Virus record (IMG/VR): IMGVR_UViG_2579778622_000009
DNA from: a virus
Taxonomy: Duplodnaviria; Heunggongvirae; Uroviricota; Caudoviricetes
Direction: 5' to 3' (one strand)
Length of the DNA stretch: 4,023 nt
Part shown: piece after piece, positions 1-4,023 of the stretch
Numbering within the stretch: the stretch's first letter is position 1
Layout: each line of letters opens with the position of its first letter
Program-made: the position numbers and the translations under genes
Notes under the pieces: model-generated
The model's input: the letters and a program-made list of their open reading frames with translations, nothing else
Told to the model about the DNA's origin: nothing
The model's database searches: none

Positions 1-122
1 CACCACTTTGTCTAATTCGTCAGATTCTGACCAGACGGTTCAGGCTGTACGCTTACGGATATACCGCCAGCCTGGTTGATAAAAAATGGTTGCGACTGGC
101 AGCAAGGAGGAATCATGGCTGA
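1..122 (+). CDS. ninE: NinE-family protein, C-terminal fragment (start lies upstream of the window)
   Basis: Frame 3 is open from the window edge to TGA at 120-122 and translates ...[39 protein letters not shown]. The basic C-terminus and the position immediately upstream of ybcO fit the ninE slot of lambdoid nin regions. It is absent from the ORF track because no start codon lies inside the window. Identity is from recalled similarity, not a search. Confidence 0.55.
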   Translation, partial: PLCLIRQILTRRFRLYAYGYTASLVDKKWLRLAARRNHG

Positions 123-405
123 TTTGAGAAAAGCAGCGCGTGGTCGGGAATGCCAGGTAAGAATCCCTGGCGTATGTAATGGCAATCCTGAAACGTCTGT
201 ACTGGCACATATCCGGCTGGCTGGATTGTGCGGTACCGGTATCAAACCGCCAGACCTGATTGCCACCATTGCATGTTCTGCCTGTCACGACGAGATCGAC
301 CGTCGCACGCATTTTGTTGACGCTGGATATGCAAAAGAATGCGCGCTGGAAGGTATGGCGAGAACGCAGGTTATCTGGCTGAAAGAGGGGGTAATTAAGG
401 CGTGA
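116..405 (+). CDS. ybcO: DUF1364-family protein, putative zinc-binding nuclease (YbcO-like), 96 aa
   Basis: ATG at 116 is preceded by a strong Shine-Dalgarno AAGGAGG at 104-110. The product [29 protein letters not shown]...[13 protein letters not shown] is Cys/His-rich and matches DLP12 YbcO as recalled. The ORF-track start at 76 has no RBS and would overlap ninE. Stop TGA at 403-405. Confidence 0.85.
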
Positions 406-764
406 ATACCTACAATATCACATTACCCTGGCCGCCGAGCAATAATCGCTATTACCGCCATAATCGCGGGCGCACGCACATCAGCGCAGAGGGGCAGGCA
501 TACCGCGAAAACGTCGCCCGAATCATTAAAAACGCAATGCTGGATATCGGCCTGGCTATGCCTGTGAAAATCCGCATTGAGTGTCACATGCCGGATCGCC
601 GTCGCCGTGACCTGGATAATCTACAAAAGGCCGCTTTTGACGCACTCACCAAAGCAGGTTTCTGGCTGGATGATGCTCAGGTCGTTGATTACCGCGTTGT
701 GAAGATGCCGGTTGTCAAAGGTGGAAAGCTGGAACTGACCATCACTGAACAGGGAGATGAATGA
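402..764 (+). CDS. rusA: RusA-family Holliday junction resolvase, 120 aa
   Basis: GTG start at 402 overlaps the ybcO stop (GTGA), with a purine-rich GAGGGGG at about 385-391 upstream. The product has the RusA hallmarks: N-terminal [11 protein letters not shown], and acidic residues D70, D72 (RRDLDNL) and D91 (WLDDAQV) at the known catalytic positions. Confidence 0.9.
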   Translation: MNTYNITLPWPPSNNRYYRHNRGRTHISAEGQAYRENVARIIKNAMLDIGLAMPVKIRIECHMPDRRRRDLDNLQKAAFDALTKAGFWLDDAQVVDYRVVKMPVVKGGKLELTITEQGDE

Positions 765-901
765 TGTTTGAGTTTTATATGGCAGAACTTCTTCGCCACC
801 GCTGGATGCGCCTGCGCTTATATCGTTTCCCCGGTTCTGTTTTGACCGATTACCGAATACTGAAGAATTACGCCAAAACACTGACAGGAGCAGGAGTATG
901 A
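761..901 (+). CDS. ylcG: Small basic protein YlcG-like, 46 aa (not in the supplied ORF track)
   Basis: ATG at 761 overlaps the rusA stop (ATGA). Hand translation gives [46 protein letters not shown] with stop TGA at 899-901. Its position between rusA and Q matches the DLP12 ylcG slot. Confidence 0.6.
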   Translation: MMFEFYMAELLRHRWMRLRLYRFPGSVLTDYRILKNYAKTLTGAGV

Positions 902-986
902 AGTCAGAGATAACAATCAACTAATACTGTTTTGTTGATTTTTGCTTGTAATTGGCGTTCTGGTCTGAGTTTTGTGGAGTAAGTTG

Positions 987-1370
987 ATGCGTGATATTCA
1001 GATGGTTCTTGAGCGTTGGGGAGCGTGGGCGGCTAATAATCATGAAGATGTGACCTGGTCGTCCATTGCCGCCGGTTTTAAGGGATTAATTCCTTCAAAA
1101 GTAAAATCTCGCCCACAATGTTGTGACGATGACGCGATGATCATTTGCGGGTGCATGGCCCGTCTGAAAAAGAACAACAGCGATTTGCATGATTTATTAG
1201 TAGATTATTATGTAGTCGGTATGACATTCATGTCACTGGCAGGTAAGCATTGCTGCTCTGATGGTTATATCGGGAAAAGGTTACAGAAGGCTGAGGGCAT
1301 AATTGAAGGGATGTTAATGGCATTAGATATCCGGTTAGAGATGGATATCGTTGTTAATAACTCTAATTAA
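987..1370 (+). CDS. quuD: Q-like late-gene transcription antiterminator (QuuD-like), 127 aa
   Basis: ATG at 987 is preceded by GGAG at 976-979; the ORF-track GTG at 972 is probably an over-extension. The product [24 protein letters not shown]... carries Cys clusters ([15 protein letters not shown]) consistent with a zinc-binding Q family. It sits in the canonical spot upstream of the late promoter region and lysis genes. Stop TAA at 1368-1370. Confidence 0.85.
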   Translation: MRDIQMVLERWGAWAANNHEDVTWSSIAAGFKGLIPSKVKSRPQCCDDDAMIICGCMARLKKNNSDLHDLLVDYYVVGMTFMSLAGKHCCSDGYIGKRLQKAEGIIEGMLMALDIRLEMDIVVNNSN

Positions 1371-1390
1371 TATGCCAATTGTTTACTAAA

Positions 1391-1421
1391 AATTATTAAA
1401 AATGGGGCGTTGAGACGCCCC
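1391..1421 (-). terminator. Rho-independent terminator on - strand, likely ending the nmpC transcript
   Basis: Perfect 6-bp GC stem GGGGCG (1404-1409) / CGCCCC (1416-1421) with loop TTGAGA. Read on the - strand it is followed by ATTTTTAATAATTTTT (complement of 1391-1403). On the + strand it is followed by CAAAAATAAA, so it is orientation-specific for the - strand. Confidence 0.5.
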
Positions 1422-1440
1422 CAAAAATAAAGGGTAATAT
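1410..1440 (+). promoter_or_regulatory. Candidate Q-dependent late promoter (pR'-like): -35-like TTGAGA at 1410-1415, -10-like TAATAT at 1435-1440
   Basis: Found by eye about 40-70 bp downstream of the Q stop, where lambdoid pR' normally lies. The 19-bp spacer is suboptimal. A -10-like TTTATATAG at about 1451-1460 in the presumed initial transcribed region could act as a sigma-dependent pause element. Boxes are inferred, not verified. Confidence 0.25.
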
Positions 1441-1509
1441 ATAACAGAAGGTTTATATAGTTAGAAGCAAGGTTGTGCTTCTAAAGGAAGTGGCTTGAGG
1501 GAGCCACTT

Positions 1510-1550
1510 ATATGTTGGGGAGGCAAAGCCTCCCGCAACATATCTTTTTC
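1510..1550 (+). terminator. Rho-independent terminator on + strand (tR'-like), ending the short late leader transcript
   Basis: Stem 1510-1524 (ATATGTTGGGGAGGC), loop AAA, stem 1528-1543 (GCCTCCCGCAACATAT) with one bulged G, followed directly by CTTTTTC at 1544-1550. The U-tract is present only in the + orientation. Confidence 0.5.
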
Positions 1551-1559
1551 GTAATCAGA

Positions 1560-2642
1560 TTAGAACTGATACACCAGACCTACAGCGACGATGTCGTCGG
1601 TATCAATACCAGCTGTTTTGGTAAACTTACTATCGTCAATTAAGTTGATTTTGTAATCAACAAAAGTGGACATGTTTTTATTAAAGTAGTAAGTAGCACC
1701 GACATCGACATACTTGACTAAGTCTCGGTCACCATGAACACCAAGGTCTTTACCTTTTGACTGAAGGTAAGCAACAGATGGTCGCAGACCGAAGTCAAAC
1801 TGATATTGTGCTACTGCTTCAAAGTTTTGTGCTTTGTTTGCAATATGGTTATTACCAAAAACGGTCATATTCTGAGTTTCAGAATATGTGGTAGCCAGAT
1901 AGATATTGTTCGCATCATATTTCAGGCCTGCAGCCCATACTTCCGCATTTTTGCCGGAGGCATTGAATTTGCTCTTACCATAGGCGACCTGACCGTCAGT
2001 GCGATCTGATTTAGCATAGGTTGCACCCACGCCGAATCCTTCATACTCATAAGTAGTGGAGAAACCGAAACCATCACCATTGGCTTCAGTTACGTCAGTG
2101 CGGTCATTTTTACCCTGATACTGAGCAGCAAAGTTCAGGCCATCGACCAGACCAAAGAAGTCGTTGTTACGATAGGTTGCAACACCAGTGGTGCGACCAG
2201 TCATGAACACATCTGTTTGGGTCCAGGTATCGCCACCGAATTCTGGCAGAACGTCAGTCCACGCACCGATGTCGTATGCTACACCGTAGTTACGGCCGTA
2301 ATCGATTGAGCCGTAGTCACCGAATTTCAGGCCTGCAAATGCAAGACGGGTTTTGTCTTTGGAGGAACCTTGAGATTCAGCGCGGTTGCCTTTGAATTCA
2401 TATTCCCACTGACCGAAACCAGTCAGTTGATCGTTGATTTGGGTTTCACCTTTGAAGCCAAGACGGGCATAAGTAGTATCACCATCATCTGCATCGTTAG
2501 AGGAAAAGTAGTGCTTGGCATTAACTTTCCCGTACAGATCCAGCTTGTTACTGTCTTTATTATAAATTTCAGCTGCCTGAGCAGACATCGCCATCAGTAC
2601 TGATGCAGCTACAGCAGAAATTGCCACTGTTAATTTTTTCAT
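1560..2642 (-). CDS. nmpC: Outer-membrane general porin, OmpC/OmpF/PhoE family (NmpC/Lc-like), 360 aa precursor, apparently intact
   Basis: N-terminal signal peptide [23 protein letters not shown] followed by the mature start [17 protein letters not shown], typical of enterobacterial porins. Aromatic/Gly-rich beta-barrel composition. C-terminal ...VGLVYQF with terminal Phe, the beta-barrel assembly signature. Start codon complement CAT at 2640-2642, stop complement TTA at 1560-1562. Confidence 0.92.
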   Translation of the reverse strand: MKKLTVAISAVAASVLMAMSAQAAEIYNKDSNKLDLYGKVNAKHYFSSNDADDGDTTYARLGFKGETQINDQLTGFGQWEYEFKGNRAESQGSSKDKTRLAFAGLKFGDYGSIDYGRNYGVAYDIGAWTDVLPEFGGDTWTQTDVFMTGRTTGVATYRNNDFFGLVDGLNFAAQYQGKNDRTDVTEANGDGFGFSTTYEYEGFGVGATYAKSDRTDGQVAYGKSKFNASGKNAEVWAAGLKYDANNIYLATTYSETQNMTVFGNNHIANKAQNFEAVAQYQFDFGLRPSVAYLQSKGKDLGVHGDRDLVKYVDVGATYYFNKNMSTFVDYKINLIDDSKFTKTAGIDTDDIVAVGLVYQF

Positions 2643-2760
2643 CGTGAGCCCTTTTTTTTGAACTATTATTAAAAAATGATGTCACTGCGCGATAAATATT
2701 CATCTAATCAATGTGATTATTTCAAGATGTAAGTTTTAGTTTCTCATTTAATTTGTGAAG
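2643..2760 (-). promoter_or_regulatory. nmpC translation-initiation region and probable promoter/5'UTR (exact boxes uncertain)
   Basis: On the - strand an A-tract plus AAGGG lies just upstream of the ATG (complement of 2643-2660). A candidate -35 TTGAAA is at the complement of 2720-2725. The region is extremely AT-rich. Transcription start not determinable from sequence alone. Confidence 0.25.
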
Positions 2761-3230
2761 TAGATCTCTATTTTTATCTGAACTTTTTCTATCGAAACCT
2801 ATTTATGGCTCTTATTTGAACAAAAATAAACCTATTAGCTAATTTATATTAATGGCTGTTATTTATGGGGGTTCTATAATTCGGTGGTTTAATTTAAATC
2901 AACTAAAAATAACGCCGGAAATTATTTATTGGTTATTTGTTGAGGTTTTCTTATATATTTGTGGTGGTGTTTTGAACACTCGGTAGCATTCTCATAAATA
3001 TCATTCAGTGGTTTACGTACGTAAAAAATTGGTTATGCTGTTAAGAGTGGTTACTTCGTCACACAGCTTAAACCCGCCGTCGAGCTGGTTTTTCCATTTT
3101 TTGAGTCTCGATATTAGCTGATAACTCAATACCTGAGTTATTCACTGACTCCGAGTCTGTTACGTTTCTGCTTTTTTGCGATACGTTGTATTCCCTCAAT
3201 TTACACCCGCTTTGTCTGCGAGGTGGGGTT

Positions 3231-3446
3231 ATGAAATCCATGGATAAGTTAACAACGGGTGTCGCCTATGGCACCTCAGCAGGTAGTGCCGGTTACTGGT
3301 TTTTACAGCTGCTCGATAAAGTCACGCCCTCACAGTGGGCAGCAATAGGTGTGCTGGGTAGCCTGGTATTTGGCCTGCTGACGTACCTGACAAACCTTTA
3401 TTTCAAGATTAAAGAAGATAAGCGCAAGGCTGCGAGAGGTGAATAA
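3231..3446 (+). CDS. essD: Class II pinholin (phage 21 S-like) with dual-start motif, 71 aa
   Basis: RBS GAGGTGGGG at 3220-3228 and ATG at 3231. The product [71 protein letters not shown] has two transmembrane segments and a basic C-terminus. Met1-Lys-Ser-Met4 gives two in-frame starts (3231 and 3240), as in holin/antiholin pairs. The ORF-track start at 3186 is probably an over-extension. Confidence 0.9.
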
Positions 3447-3943
3447 TGCCTCCATCATTACGAAAAGCCGTTGCTGCTGCTATTGGTGGCGGAGCAATTG
3501 CTATAGCATCAGTGTTAATCACTGGCCCAAGTGGTAACGATGGTCTGGAAGGTGTCAGCTACATACCATACAAAGATATTGTTGGTGTATGGACTGTATG
3601 TCACGGGCATACAGGAAAAGACATCATGCTCGGTAAAACGTATACCAAAGCAGAATGCAAAGCCCTCCTGAATAAAGACCTTGCCACGGTCGCCAGACAA
3701 ATTAACCCGTACATAAAAGTTGATATACCGGAAACAACGCGCGGCGCTCTTTACTCGTTCGTTTACAACGTGGGCGCTGGCAATTTCAGAACATCGACGC
3801 TTCTTCGCAAAATAAACCAGGGCGATATCAAAGGCGCATGTGATCAGCTACGTCGCTGGACATATGCTGGCGGTAAGCAATGGAAAGGTCTCATGACTCG
3901 TCGTGAGATTGAGCGTGAAATCTGTTTGTGGGGTCAGCAATGA
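3446..3943 (+). CDS. rrrD: SAR endolysin (T4-lysozyme-type muramidase with N-terminal signal-arrest-release domain), 165 aa
   Basis: ATG at 3446 overlaps the pinholin stop (TAATG). The N-terminus [20 protein letters not shown] is a Gly/Ala-rich weakly hydrophobic segment typical of SAR domains. Glu35, Asp44 and Thr50 ([18 protein letters not shown]) sit at the catalytic-triad positions of T4-lysozyme-like enzymes. Stop TGA at 3941-3943. Confidence 0.9.
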   Translation: MPPSLRKAVAAAIGGGAIAIASVLITGPSGNDGLEGVSYIPYKDIVGVWTVCHGHTGKDIMLGKTYTKAECKALLNKDLATVARQINPYIKVDIPETTRGALYSFVYNVGAGNFRTSTLLRKINQGDIKGACDQLRRWTYAGGKQWKGLMTRREIEREICLWGQQ

Positions 3944-4023
3944 ACAGAGTAACCGCGATTATCTCCGCTCTGGTTATCTGCATCATCGTCTGCCTGTCAT
4001 GGGCTGTTAATCATTACCGTGAT
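3940..4023 (+). CDS. rzpD: Rz-like inner-membrane spanin (i-spanin), N-terminal fragment continuing past the window end
   Basis: ATG at 3940 overlaps the endolysin stop (ATGA). Translation [28 protein letters not shown] is an N-terminal transmembrane anchor, as expected for Rz, and lies directly after the endolysin. Confidence 0.7.
   Translation, partial: MNRVTAIISALVICIIVCLSWAVNHYRD

Larger units (their letters stand above)
1391..1559 (-). ncRNA. ipeX: nmpC 3'UTR-derived regulatory RNA region (IpeX-like)
   Basis: About 170 nt between the nmpC stop (1560-1562) and the - strand terminator, containing three strong hairpins (1461-1485, 1488-1509, 1510-1543). From memory, ipeX was described as the untranslated stretch between the nmpC/lc stop codon and its rho-independent terminator; sequence identity is not verified here. 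Confidence 0.4.

Noticed and set aside
76-115. N-terminal extension of ybcO from the ATG at 76 (ORF-track start [14 protein letters not shown]...)
   Set aside because: No RBS before 76, it would overlap the ninE reading frame, and a strong AAGGAGG precedes the internal ATG at 116.
12-312. Minus-strand ORFs 12..269 and 40..312
   Set aside because: They lie antisense to ninE/ybcO, have no recognisable domain features or RBS, and a compact coupled gene chain on the + strand explains the region.
621-920. Minus-strand ORF 621..920 (99 aa)
   Set aside because: Antisense to rusA and ylcG; low-complexity product with no recognisable features.
972-986. GTG start at 972 for the Q gene ([10 protein letters not shown]...)
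   Set aside because: GGAG at 976-979 is correctly spaced for the ATG at 987; the GTG extension lacks its own RBS.
1806-2603. Plus-strand ORFs 1806..2009 and 2370..2603 inside the porin gene
   Set aside because: Antisense to a confidently identified porin CDS; hydrophobic or odd composition typical of antisense artefacts.
2852-2986. 44-codon + strand ORF in the AT-rich tract (MAVIYGGSIIRWFNLNQLKITPEIIYWLFVEVFLYICGGVLNTR)
   Set aside because: No Shine-Dalgarno upstream of the ATG and AT-biased codon usage unlike neighbouring genes. It cannot be excluded as a small membrane peptide, but the sequence gives no positive support.
3186-3230. ATG at 3186 as pinholin start ([15 protein letters not shown]...)
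   Set aside because: The extension covers the RBS (GAGGTGGGG) of the real start at 3231 and would destroy the conserved dual-start motif.
2643-3230. tRNA genes, which lambdoid phages often carry between Q and S
   Set aside because: No GTTCGA/GGTTCGAATCC-type T-loop motif and no cloverleaf-compatible stems were seen by eye; this should be confirmed with tRNAscan-SE.
3515-3700. Minus-strand ORF 3515..3700 (61 aa)
   Set aside because: Antisense to the endolysin gene; no RBS or recognisable motif.
1-4023. CRISPR array or insertion sequence
   Set aside because: No regularly spaced direct repeats and no transposase-like ORF or terminal inverted repeats. The porin reading frame is uninterrupted, so there is no IS5 of the kind found in the K-12 copy.

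Overview
This window reads as a lambdoid prophage late-control and lysis segment of the E. coli DLP12 / phage 21 / PA-2 type, and I see no evidence of a novel defence or toxin system in it. On the + strand the order is: the 3' end of ninE, ybcO (DUF1364 putative nuclease), rusA (Holliday-junction resolvase), the 46-aa ylcG, the Q-like late antiterminator quuD, then a pinholin (essD), a SAR endolysin (rrrD) and the start of the Rz spanin. Between Q and the lysis genes, on the opposite strand, sits an intact OmpC/OmpF-family porin gene (nmpC/lc-type), the classic Q-S cargo position. All protein identifications rest on reading the supplied translations and on recalled family features; no database search was run. 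The parts least explained by coding features are noncoding: a 190-bp Q-nmpC interval packed with four perfect or near-perfect hairpins that appears to serve both strands (late promoter/terminator on +, nmpC 3'UTR/IpeX-like RNA on -), and a ~590-bp AT-rich tract between the nmpC start and the pinholin that contains a perfect 14-bp palindrome.
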